Assembly: GCA_951406725.2 (NCBI GenBank)
Contig: OX597817.1
Coordinates: forward strand, 96,658,001-96,722,000
Source: Octopus vulgaris
Lineage: Eukaryota
DNA: 64,000 nt
Direction of reading: 5' to 3'
Shown here piece by piece: positions 26,401-50,819 of the stretch. Under the pieces are notes generated by a model. That model saw only the letters and a program-made list of their open reading frames with translations, had not been told where the DNA came from and ran no database searches. The position numbers and the translations under genes are program-made. Numbering within the stretch: position 1 is the stretch's first letter; each line of letters begins with the position of its first letter.

Positions 26401-26760
26401 TAGTCCTTAATAAACAACAAAATTCTATCAAGATTTATACTGGAGTAACCATCATCTTCAAATGTTGATAGTCAGCTTAACTACACTCTTTTAAGTCCAG
26501 TAAACAATAAATCTACCTCACTAGCTGACCACATATATAACCTTAAAGAAAAAAGTATACCATATGATATAACTTGATCTATCCTCCATGCCAGGGTCAA
26601 AAAGCTCTATGTTGGTTATGCTTGAAATAATCTATATAAATACTATTGCATAACCCAACACAATTATTAAACAAACAACGTAAAACTTTCTACTTTTGTA
26701 TTCATAATTTTTTTTACAACCTTCAATTTTACCACAAATCTATATGTAATAATAAAAATC
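23420..26760. mobile_element. Cluster of decayed Penelope-like fragments in both orientations
   Basis: YLNYINIHSNHH...IPIRISDLS (24842-25267) RT C-terminus; LSKYVCQLE...CSLCLSEK (23646-) GIY-YIG C-terminus; 24485-24650 is the reverse complement of a 26320-26520-like sequence. Confidence 0.65.
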
Positions 26761-28377
26761 CTCCAATGTAATTCTCATTTGCTCAAAGTAAATATATTGT
26801 ACACACTTATTTAACTTCTTTAAACTAATTTATTTACTTTTTGTTTTAACCTATTATACACCACTTTATAATTCATTTAGCGACTAGTTAATATATTTTC
26901 ATTCCTAACCCAACTTATAACTGAGCTATTACCTATTTAAATTAAATTAACATATTTACTGCATCTTATTTCATTGCTTCAATCTGTTATACATCACTTT
27001 ATTTTAAACTCGTGACAATTTAATACATTCTTCATTTTCAATGAGTTTACAATCTAAATATTACTTATTTATAGTTAGAACCATATGTAAGCTTGCTGGG
27101 TTTAACCTTCACACACTTTATTTCTCAATCCCATAGCTTCTTCTCCTGATATTTAGTGTAACCACTTGAATCACAATGCCAAACTATTATGGTCAGGTGA
27201 TTTTCTGTATTTTGTCTGCAATTCTCAAACCCAACCCAAACACATTTGCCTCACTGGCTGTTGCCACTATAAGTATGTTGCCATTATAAATATGGAGTTC
27301 ATTGTTCCTTACCACTGAACTGCCCTTCCCTACTCATTTAAGCATTCTCCATATATATATATATATATATATATACTTCCTCTAATTCTATATGCCTGTC
27401 ACTTGCTATGAAAGTTACTCTCTACCTTCAAACATTCATGACACCATCTTTCCTTTCTACTGTCGTTTGTCTCACAGAAGCCTTCCACTCTTTCCTCAGT
27501 GATGAAACTGTTCACTACTAAAATCTTCTACTAAGAATCTGCCTCATTTTTTTGTATCTGAAGATGCAATAGTCCACTACTGCATGGTATGAGTAGCTTA
27601 TTTTCATTCTCAGAGAAATGCACCATATGTGCATCTATTCTGGAATCAGCTGTTAGAACTATCTACACACCTTACTCCCTTATTTATGATATACTCTATT
27701 CTGACAACTCTGTTGTAACAACTTAGCAATTATGTTTACATATATAAATTCCAAGCTCTAAACTGATACTAGTTGTTTGCCTGTTCATTCTTTCTCTCTT
27801 CTGTGTACCTGTTCAATGATAAACCACTTCTAACCATTCATTGCTAAGTAGCGACAAAACCACTTTTTGTTTTAGTTGCAGTTTAAGTCAGAATTTTAGG
27901 AGATAAGTCAACCTGAGCACTTATTTCATATATATCTATTACATTATGTCATTAAATGCAATTTTACCTAAACTATACATACATACATATATATATACAT
28001 ACATCATCATCAATATATATAGGAATCTAACTTTTGTATGACCTGCATGAAGAATTTCTGGAAATTAGGGGTGGATGCACTTTTTGACATCAAAAATGCA
28101 ACTAATAGAAAATTAGAATTATCTAAGACAAGATTTTACAAATTTTTCAAAAGGCACAAACTTTCTATCAATATTGAAAAAGTTAATAACTTTTTAGATC
28201 TTAATTTCAATCTAATAACTGGTATGCATGAACCTTTCTGTAAATTAAAATCAAATTTAAGCTATATTAATTTCCAAAGTGATCATCCAATATGAATTAA
28301 AAACATATTAGCCTCCAACATTAGAAAGAGACTTACATACTTATCATCTAATGAGGAAATATTTAATAAACATGCAG

Positions 28378-30033
28378 GATCTCCCAGGGGCAACCTGTCT
28401 TGAATTGTTATTGCCTGGAGGACTATGATGAATAAAAGGGGACTGAAGGCTGAACCTTGGTGGACCCCTACTTCTACCCGGAATTCTTCACTATACTCAT
28501 TAGTGAAGAATTCCGGGTAGAAGTAGGGGTCCACCAAGATTCAGCCTTCAGTCCCCTTTTATTCATCATAGTCCTCCAGGCAATAACAGAGGAATTTAAG
28601 ACGGGTTGCCTCTGGGAGCTCCTCTATGCTGATGACCTGCCCCTCATAGCAGAATCACTACCAGAACTAAAAAATAAATTTCGAGTGTGGAAGCTAGGTT
28701 TAGAATCAAAAGGCCTTAGAGTCAATATAGCAAAGACCAAAGTTCTAGTAAGTAGGAAGGCAAACACACCACACACACACTCAGGTAGGTGGCTCTGCAC
28801 GATTTGTAGAAAGGTGTAGGTATAGACTCCATTAGATGTACCCAGTGTAAGCTATGGACACATAAGAGGTGCAGCACCATCAAAGGATTATTAACTGAGA
28901 AGATAGCTTTCGTGTGCGGCAGATGCACAGGTGCAATAGACACCATTGATACTCAGGAAATAGATTCCATTACACTCCTGGGGGAGATACTAGAAGTAGT
29001 TGATAGTTTCCGCTATCTAGGTGACTAAGTTAGTAGTGGGGGTGGATGCTCCGAGAGTGTTACCACTAGAATAAGAATAGCCTGGGCAAAGTTTAGAAAG
29101 CTCCTACCCCTACTGGTGACAAAGGGACTCTCACTCAGAGTGAAAGGTAGATTGTACAACGCATGTGTGCGAACTACCATGCTTCATGGTAGTGAAACAT
29201 GGGCTGTGACTGTAGAGAACATGCGTAGGCTTGAAAGAAATGAAGCTAGCATGATCCGCTGGATGTGTAATGTCAGTATGCATACACGACAGAGTGTAAG
29301 TGCCCTGAGAGAAATGCTGGAAATAAGCATTGGATGTGGTGTGCAAGAGAGACATCTGCGCTGGTATGGTCATGTACTACGGATGGATAAGGAGAGATGT
29401 GTGAAGAAGTGCCACTCCCAAACAGTTGAAGGAACCCAGGGTAGAGGTAGACCCAGGAAGACATGGGATGAGGTGGTCAGGCATGACCTTTGAACGTTGG
29501 GTCTTACAGAGGCAATGACGAAAGACCGAGGCCTCTGCAGATATGCTGCGACTGCGAAGACCCAACAAATAACATGAGTTCATGGCTGTTCCTGCCCCAG
29601 CTTCACATAGAAGCCCCAGCCCATCCCAAGTGCCTTGGATCGCAGGACGGCCTGCAGTGCTTGAGGAGACCTATTGGGTCAAGTAGATCAACATCAAAAA
29701 AGTCAAATGGAAATTGTAGTTGTGATACCTGTGCCGGTGGCACGTAAAAAGCACCATCCGTAGATGGCCGATGCCAGCGCCGCCTTGACTAGCTTCCGTG
29801 CCAGTGGCACGTAAAAAGCAGCAACCAATTGTGGCTGTTGCCATCCTTCCGCTGGCACATAAAAAGTACCCACTACACTCACGGAGTGGTTGGCATTAGG
29901 AAAGGCATCCAGCCATAGAAACACTGCCAGATCAGACTGGAACCTGGTGCAGCCTCTTGACTTCCCAGACCCCGGTCAAACCGTCCAACCCATGCTAGCA
30001 TGGAAAACGGACGTTAAACGATGATGATGATGA
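28378..30033 (+). mobile_element. RTE LINE, 5'-truncated with fold-back inverted 5' end
   Basis: GVHQ...LLYADD, PHD-like finger and LHGSETW; (GAT)n tail; 28381-28493 is an inverted copy of ~28501-28620. Confidence 0.93.
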
Positions 30034-30855
30034 TTACTATAACGTAGCTTTAGCAAAAGCTGGATATATAGATAGAATAAAATATCATTGACCAAACAAT
30101 ATTAATAAATATGATAGAACTAATTACAAGTCAAAAAATAAAACTGATAAGTTTTATAATCCCACTATAGCTAGAAATAGAAGTAAAAATAAACATAGAA
30201 TTAGTAATCCACCTATTAATAAACTAGCAAGTGATAATGATAATAAACCCAAAATTAATAAGAATTAACCTCACAATAGCAAACATAATACAGAAAAAAA
30301 CTAATATTAAATTAATTTATAAACCTATGAGTAATAGCAAACAATCAATTAACAATCATAATTATCCCTATAATGATAAAAGTCCAGTTAATAAATAAAA
30401 TGATATGAATAAACAAATAAGTACCTCAAATACCAGCATCACTGCTAATCCACATAATTCTCTGAATAATAATATTAAACCACACATTCTTTTCATTAGC
30501 TCTAATAAATCTAAAAGTGATTATAAAATATCTATAAATAATAATCATCCAGAAGAATCTAATAAGATTTGGTTAATTATCCCATATGCAATGCGAGTTA
30601 AAAATAACAGTGTTAAATCCATATTTAGGGCCATTCATAAACGTTTTTAACATAGGTAATAGATACAATGAAATTATAAACCACAAAACTGTCTGGATTG
30701 GTTATAGCTTAACTCCTAATTTATTTACAATTATATCATCAATTAACAACAGAAAATTAAATAAATTCTACACCAATAGAAACATCTATGACAACAATTC
30801 TACTAATTCTCCTAAACCAAATCTCCCAAACTCCACCACCTTTAATAATAACAGT

Positions 30856-33517
30856 CATATGGAGGACAACTGGAGATTTCTACGGGACAATCTGCTGACA
30901 GCCACTGACCAGATCTGTGGATGGAGCAAAGTACCATCTCGACCCAGAGTAACATGGTGGTGGAACAATGTGGTTGACAGGGCTATTAGACAAAAGAGAC
31001 AGGCTTGGAAGGACTGGAAGAACGGTGGTAGCAGGGAAGTGTATCAGACAGCCAGAAGGGAAGCTAGGAGACAGGTTTATTTAGCCAGAGGGGAAGCGGA
31101 TAAGAAAAAATTTGCCAATGTTCTGAGCCGTGAGGATGAAAGACTTGAGGTATTTCGTGTTGCAAGACAGTGTGTGAGAGAGAATCGTGATGTGGTAGGA
31201 GAGAAGCGTGTTCGCATGGATGATGGTTCACTTGCACTAAATGAGGATGCAAAGAGAGAGGTTTGGAGATGCCACTATGAAAGGTTGCTGAATGAGGAAA
31301 ATGAATGGGATAAAGAGAGTCTGCCGAATGTCAACCCAACAGAGGGACCAGCCATCCGAGTTGAAAATTCTTTGATAGTTAAAGCAATTAGAAGCATGAA
31401 GACAGGGAAAGCCCCAGGCCCATCAGGAATTACTGCAGAGATGCTCAAAATATCTAGCAGTGTCGGCTATAACCTAGTCACCCGTATAGTCAACCAGGTG
31501 ATACACGAAGGAGTCATACCCAATGACTGGTGTAGCAGCATACTAGTCAACTGCTACAAAGGTAAAGGTGATGCCCTAGATACAAATAATTACAGAGGTA
31601 TCAAGCTGTTGGATCAGGTAATGAAGGTTACGGAGAGGGTCATAGACCAACTAATTAGAGAGAGAGTTAGTTTAGATGAGATGCAGTTTGGGTTCGTGCC
31701 AGGGAAAAGTACCACTGATGCTATATTCCTGGTAAGGCAGCTGCAGGAGAAATACCTAGCCAAAGATAAGCCCCTGTACCTGGCTTTCGTTGACATGGAG
31801 AAAGCTTTTGATAGGGTCCCCCGATCCCTTATCTGGTGGTCAATGAGGAAACTAGGGATAGATGAATGGCTGGTGAGGGCTGTGCAAGCCATGTACAGAG
31901 ATGCCGTAAGTAAGGTTAGGGTTGGCAACATGTACACAGAAGAATTCAAAGTAGAGGTTGGGGTCCACCAGGGTTCAGTACTCAGCCCCCTCCTACTTAT
32001 CATAGTCCTCCAGGCAATTACGGAGGAATTCAAGACAGGTTGCCCCTGGGAGCTCCTCTATGCTGACGACCTTGCTCTAATTGCTGAGTCACTATAAGAA
32101 CTGGAGGAGAAGTTCCAGGTGTGGGAGGAGGGTTTAGAATCGAGGGGCCTTAGAGTCAACCTAGCTAAAACCAGAGTACTAATAAGTAGGAAGGTAGACA
32201 ATCCACAAATGTCTTCAGGAAGATGGCCCTGCTCGATCTGTAGAAAAGGTGTAGGTAGAAACTCTATAAGATGTACCAAATGTAAGCTATGGACACATAA
32301 GAGGTGCAGCAATGTCAAAGGTAGGCTAACTGGGAAGATAGTTTTTGTATGTGGCAGATGCTCGGGAGCATTAACCTCCGAAAATCTGCAGAAAACAACT
32401 TCCGTCACTTTCCAGGGGAGAAACTAGAAGTAGTTGATAGCTTCCGTTATCTAGGTGACCAAGTCAGTAGTGGGGGGGGGGGGCGCTGAAAGTGTAACTG
32501 CTAGAAAAAGAATAGCCTGGGCAAAGTTTAGGGAGCTCTTACCTCTGCTGGTGACTAAAGGCCTCTCGCTCAGAGTAAAAGGCAGACTGTATGATGCATG
32601 TGTACGAACAGCCATGCTACATGGCAGTGAAACTTGGGCCGTGACTGCTGAGGACATGCGTGAGCTCGTGAGAAATGAAGCCAGTATGCTCCGATGGATG
32701 TGTAATGTCAGTGTACATACTCGACAGAGCGTTAGTACCTTGAGAGAAATGTTGTACCTAAGAAGCATCAGTTGTGGTGTGCAAGAGAGACGATTGCGCT
32801 GGTATGGTCATGTGGCAAGAATGGATGAAGATAGGTGTGTGAGAAAGTGCCAATCCCTAGCAGTTGAGGGAACCCGTGGAAGAGGTAGACCCAGGAAAAC
32901 CTGGGACGAGGTGGTGAAGCACGACCTTCGAACTTTAGGCCTCACTGAGGAAATGACCAGCGACCGAGACCTTTGGAAATATGCTGTACATGAGAAGACC
33001 AGGCAGGACAAGTGAGCCCAGCCCACTTATGCATGCCTTTCCTCCCTTGGACACAAAGACCTGTTGAGGCAAGTGAAGTCGATATAGAACCTCATCCGAC
33101 GACAGGCACCCATGCCAACCCCCTTTGCTTGCGAAGACATGTTGGGGCAAGCGAAATCGAAATCGAATTGAACCAGCCAGGATCCCTGGTCTGGTGGTAC
33201 GTAAAAAGCACTATCCGACTCGTGGCCGATGCCAGCGCCGCCTCGACTGGCTTCCGTGCCGGTGGCACGTAAAATACACCAATCCGACCGTGGCCGTTGC
33301 CAGCCTCGCCTGGCACCTGTGCAGGTGACACGTAAAAAGCACCCACTACACTCACGGAGTGGTTGGCGTTAGGAAGGGCATCCAGCTGTAGAAACATTGC
33401 CAGATAAGACTGGAGCCTGGTGCAGCCTTCTGGCTTCCCAGATCCCCGGTCGAACCGTCCAACCCATGCTAGCATGGAGAACGGACGTTAAACGATGATG
33501 ATGATGATGATGATGAT
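30856..33517 (+). mobile_element. RTE LINE, 5'-truncated, young
   Basis: Long open RT frame (NYRGIKLL, DMEKAFD, GVHQGSVLSP, YADD) with one stop and few frameshifts; (GAT)n tail. Confidence 0.96.
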
Positions 33518-34404
33518 ATAATTGCCAGTGATGGAAGGGAAATAACCCATACTAAGTCCCTTAATATCAACATTTCAAATAAATACACACATAAAGATGT
33601 TTATGAAAATTGTGACTGCAAAGTTAGAACTAATTGTAGATTTAAGAATTCATATAAGAGAAGAAGTGTAGTCAATTAATGCTCAGTTGAAGCTCTGAAA
33701 AAAATATATATTGATTCATCTGAAAAAGTAAAGACCCGCATGGCTAACCGTCTCCAAACTTTTTAAAATAAAGAAAAAATTAGCTCCACCGGGTTAAGCT
33801 AATTTATATGGGAATTGAAGGATAATAACATTGAATTTGAAATTAAAAAGGATATTCTTGCTTCTGCAACAGCTTACAGAATTAATAACAAGAAATGCAA
33901 CTTGTGCATAAAAGAAACATTTAAAATTCTTACTTCTACTAATGCCCTACTTAACTTACGAAAATATGTGTTCTCTAAATTTAAGTATTTAATAAAAATA
34001 TAATTAAATCATAAAATAGATATAACTATCTATACTATAATGGAGAAAGCTGCTTATCAATTAGGTATGTAATTAGGTATGCTTATTAATTAGGTATGTA
34101 AAAGTACTAATGGAAAGTAATTATTAAAGAGTTAACCATCCAGAAATATTTTTTATAAATTCATGTTCTAAGAAATTTCCTATAATTTCGATTTCTCAAA
34201 CTTATTGAGTTTTTTAACTCCAATTTCTCACAAATTTAAATATTCATTACATTCATTGCATCCAATTCTTCACAAATTTAGATATTCATTGCATTCACTG
34301 CGGAGTATTCTATTTTCATTTTCAAAGTCTCTCATTTTCTTTTTTAATGTTTTCATTTCAAGTTTTAATTCGCTATTTAGAAAACCGACAGTTTATTCTG
34401 TTAA

Positions 34405-35406
34405 TGTATATACATATATATGTATGTGTGTGTGTACATATGTATATGTAAACATGTGTATGAATGTGTGTGTGTACATATATATATGTGTGTGGCTGTG
34501 CATTTATGTATATGCATAAATATACATATCTATGTGTATATATTTGCATATGCATGTGCATGCACATGCAAGTGTGTGAGCATACATGTATGCTTATATG
34601 TGTATGTATGAGTAAATGTACATACATATGAGTACGTGGGCACATATGTATGTATACATGTATATATGTGTGTGTGTATATATATAAATATAATTGAAAT
34701 GTGCCTATGTATTTATTTACTTATTTAAGCATCTATATACTTCAAAACTATTTTCTACTTACATATTTCTCTCCTCTTATGCACACATAAGTTGTACATA
34801 AAAACAAAACAAAATTGAATATAGCTCATAATACTAATTATTGGTACTTCTAATACCTTACATAATTAACTATACCCTTTGACATATGATTATAACCTAT
34901 TTTAGATCATATGCACATAGTAATATATATATTTATTTTTCTTGTACATATGTAAATGTATATGTATATATACGCATGCAACTACATATGCGCACGTATT
35001 TGTGTGACTATGTATTCATGCATGTGTATGTTATATGCTGATGACTTTACATACTTACCTTTTTCTTGTACTTACATGAATGTATGCATATACACACATT
35101 CGTAAATAATTATGAATATGTGTAGATAAGTTTTAAGTATGTGTGTGGATGTGTATTTATGTACATGTGTGTGTATGCATAGATGTATACATATTTATCG
35201 TGTGTGAGCATGACTGTATATGTATGTATATATACGTGTGCACTTGCAGGTGCATTTACATAAATGCATTTTTATATAAATGTGTCTGTATATGAGAAAA
35301 TGCACATACATGAGTATGAGAGTGTGTATGTGTGCATATATATATGTATGTGTGAACGTGTGTGTATATATGAATACTGATATATATGTGTATGTATGGA
35401 TGTACG

Positions 35407-35435
<29 letters not shown>
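34405..35435. repeat. Degenerate (TA/TG)n low-complexity region
   Basis: Mixed TA/TG/CA dinucleotide tracts. Confidence 0.8.
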
Positions 35436-35439
<4 letters not shown>

Positions 35440-35520
35440 CCTTCTTCCCTGAGCGTCCAATAATACTTTATTTGTTCCACATCCTCGCGTTGTTGTCTTT
35501 TTGTTTTCATGTTTGGATTA

Positions 35521-35556
<36 letters not shown>

Positions 35557-35565
35557 TAATCCAAA

Positions 35566-45031
<9,466 letters not shown>

Positions 45032-45032
45032 G

Positions 45033-48000
45033 ATTTTGATTTTGATTTTGATTTTTCCAGTTTCAGCTAATGAGCTGTGGCCATGCTGGGGCACTGCCAT
45101 TTGGTTTGCTACACGGTTTTACCTCACGGATGTTTGTTGGCAAACGCCATCTGGTGCATGAGAGAGTTCGATGCAGCTGCTCTCATCTGCACCTCCTGCC
45201 GTGAAGTATGGTTCATCCGGGACACCTGACAGGAAGAGATCCAGTCCTACTTTAAAGACATCCGCATCCACACTATGCAGGTCCCTCAGGTTCTTCGGGA
45301 GGATATTGAAGAGCCATGGGCCTCTATATAAGCCCAGGCTATCACAATATCTTGTCCTACATCTTGATGGCAAATTTGGAGTCCTTTTGTACCATACACT
45401 CCAGTGGCGTTCGGTTCTGGCATTTGTGTGTGACTCTCGATGCCAAAGTCTGGGACAAGGCCTTCCAGGATCTTCCAGATGTATATTATGGCATATCTTT
45501 CTTGCCTATGCTCCAGGGAATAGAGCTTTAATCTCTTGAGTCTCTCCCAGTAGCTCATATGCTGCACAGAGGCTATCTTCTTCGTGTAGCTTCGTTGGAT
45601 CGCCTCAAGTTCTGTGATCAGCTTGACACTGGATGGTGACCATAGCTGAGAGCAATAGTCAAAGTGGCTTAGGACAAGTGTCTTCCAGATGACCATCATG
45701 GTTTCTTGTTCTCTTGTTCTAAAGGTTCTAAGAATCCATCCAGCCAGCCGTCTACATTTCATTGTCAGTTTAGCAACTTGTACATGAAAGGTCGCGTCAT
45801 CACTCATGTGAATACCCAGGTCCCACACTGATTGTGCCTCTGGAATTGCAATCCCTCTGGGTCCAGTGTATTCATTGGGTATTGCATTCAGTTTTGCATG
45901 CTGATAGTATAAAGCTTGAAACTTTCCAGCATTGAACTGCATGCTATTCTTTTCAGCCCACTTGTATATTTCGTCCAGCTCACATTGCAGGTGTTTAGTG
46001 TCCTCAGGGTTCTGTATTGCCTGTGAAACTTTTGTATCATCTGCATAACTTGTGATCGTGGCTCTCTGCGTGGCTGAGGGCATGTCTGAGAGGGCCATTA
46101 TGAACAGTAGTGGTCCCAGAACAGTGCCCTGCGGAACACCGCTCACTATTTGTGTGTTAATGGAGGTGGCCCCATTGGCTACTACCACCTGACTTCTATC
46201 CTTCAGAAAGTCATGAAGCCATTCTCCCAGTTTTCCAACTATGTTGAGATCACGCAGTTTGTGACATATCATTCCATGATCGACTTTATCAAAGGCCTTT
46301 GCAAAGTCGAGATATATCACTTCCACATTTGAGTGGTTGAGCAGCCGTTTCAGCACCCAGTCATAGTGTTGTAGGAGCTGAGTTAAACAGCTTCTCCTGG
46401 TCGGAAACCATGTTGGGTGTCGGGCAGCAAGTCATTCTCTTCAAGGAAGGTGATTAGCTTCCTTCTGACTATTCGTTCCATGACCTTGCTGATGTGTGAG
46501 GTCAGAGAGATAGGTCTATAGTTCTTGGCTTCCGCTCTGCTACCTCCTTTATGAATGGGGCATATTTTACCTTCCTTCAGTTTTCCTGGAAGTTTGCCAG
46601 CTGCAAGGAAGCTCTGAAAGAGGAACTGCAGTGGTCTTGCTAGGACTCTCTTACATGCTTTTAGGAGGATTGCCGGGAATCCATCGGGGCCAGTAGCTGA
46701 GTCTGTTTTCATTTCATCTATAGCCTTGGTTACATCGTCTTCCTTTATATCGATGTAATCTATCGTTGCCGCCTCTGATTTTATATCTGCAGTGGTAAAA
46801 AAGTCAGTTGGATTGGTGATTTGGAGATGCCCAAGGGGTGGAGTGAAAACACTCTTGAATTGCTAATTCAGTATTTCACTTACCCTCATTGGTTTTCCTG
46901 TAAGTGTGCCATCCTTTTCGAGGAGTGGCCCTATTCTACAGTGCACTGTAGCTGTTTCTTTGGCATACCTGTAGAAAGCTCTGGGGTTAGATTTTATGTT
47001 TTCTATAGCCCAGGCTTCTTTATCTGCTCTTTCTTTTTCATGGGAGAGTTGCAGACATTTTTCGATTTCCAACAGTTTTATTTTTAGGCGGGACTTTTCA
47101 CTGCTTTCAATCTGTTTGTTTAGGCGATTTGAAAATTTTGTACGCCGTCTCATTAAAATTTTCCTCTCTCTGGGGATTTTGTTCTTGTGTACAGTGGCCT
47201 TTCTCTCTGGGACACATTTGTAGCATATGGCTTGCATTACAGACATGAATTGTTGAAGTTTCATGTCGATGTCTGGCGAGGAGAGACATTTAGGCCAGTT
47301 TTGTTTGAGGATCTCTTTCTCAATTTGTTTCCAGTTTGCCTTATGGTAGTTCAAGCTGGAAAGATTTTGAGGGTTTCTTGTAGGCTGCATGTCCGTGCTC
47401 TCTTTTGGCCCGTACATGGTCAGCTCTATCATGTTGTGATCCGAGAGTAGTGTCGGTGTCACTTTCACATTATGGATGAGATCCATGTCATTTGTGAAGC
47501 AGAGATCCAGTGTGTTACCTGCCCTGGTTGGTTGGAGTATTACCTGCTCCATGTACAGGGTGTTGATGAGGTTCAGGAGGGACCTCGCCTGTCCTCGTTC
47601 ACATCTTGTCATTCCTGGGAGAGAAAGGCCCTCGGGCCATCTGACATTGGGCAGATTGAAGTCTCCCATAAGAAGCACACCTATGTGTTGTTCTAATGTG
47701 GTTAGAATTTCTTCTATTTTTATAAGGCAGTCTTCAAACTTGCCCACATGGCTTGGGGCATCTGGAGGGCGATATGTAGCACACACAACTACATCAAGTT
47801 GCCTAATATGTACAATTAGTGTGTCACACACCGAGTTTGAGTATGACAAGAGGACCTGGGGTGTGAGGTCCTCACGGATGTACATAGCAACACCTCCATG
47901 ACTCCTTTCTTTCCTGTCGGTCCGTAGTACAGCATACTGTGGTATGTGTAACTCTGCATCTGCTATGTCCGGTTTCAGGTGCCTTTCCGTAAGTGCTATG

Positions 48001-48047
48001 CATAAGGCTTGATTGCATGCAACAAAGTCTCTCAGGAACGGGATCTT
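45033..48047 (-). mobile_element. CR1-group LINE ORF2 (APE + RT), 5'-truncated
   Basis: YRPP, MGDFNLP, TLDL, SDH (APE); YLDFAKAFD, SGVPQGTVLGP, YADD (RT); (AAAATC)n tail. Confidence 0.93.
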
Positions 48048-50687
<2,640 letters not shown>

Positions 50688-50819
50688 TTAGGGAATAAAT
50701 CCAAACTTACAGGGAAAAATCAGATTTAGGATTAAATCCAATTTATTAGTATAAATATATTATATTATATTAAATTAGAGATAAAACCACTATTAGGCAA
50801 ATCAAACAATGAAAAACAT

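Larger units (their letters stand above)
28010..34010 (+). mobile_element. Penelope-like element split by two RTE insertions
   Basis: FLDLNFNL...YINFQSDHP...LSSNEEIFNKHA (to ~28377) resumes as YYNVALAKAGY at 30034; GIY-YIG C-terminus IWELKDNNIEF...KCNLCIKE at 33800-33915. Confidence 0.8.

Noticed and set aside
30586-32097. 503-aa protein-coding gene
   Set aside because: Chance in-frame fusion of Penelope debris and a truncated RTE RT; stops just after YADD
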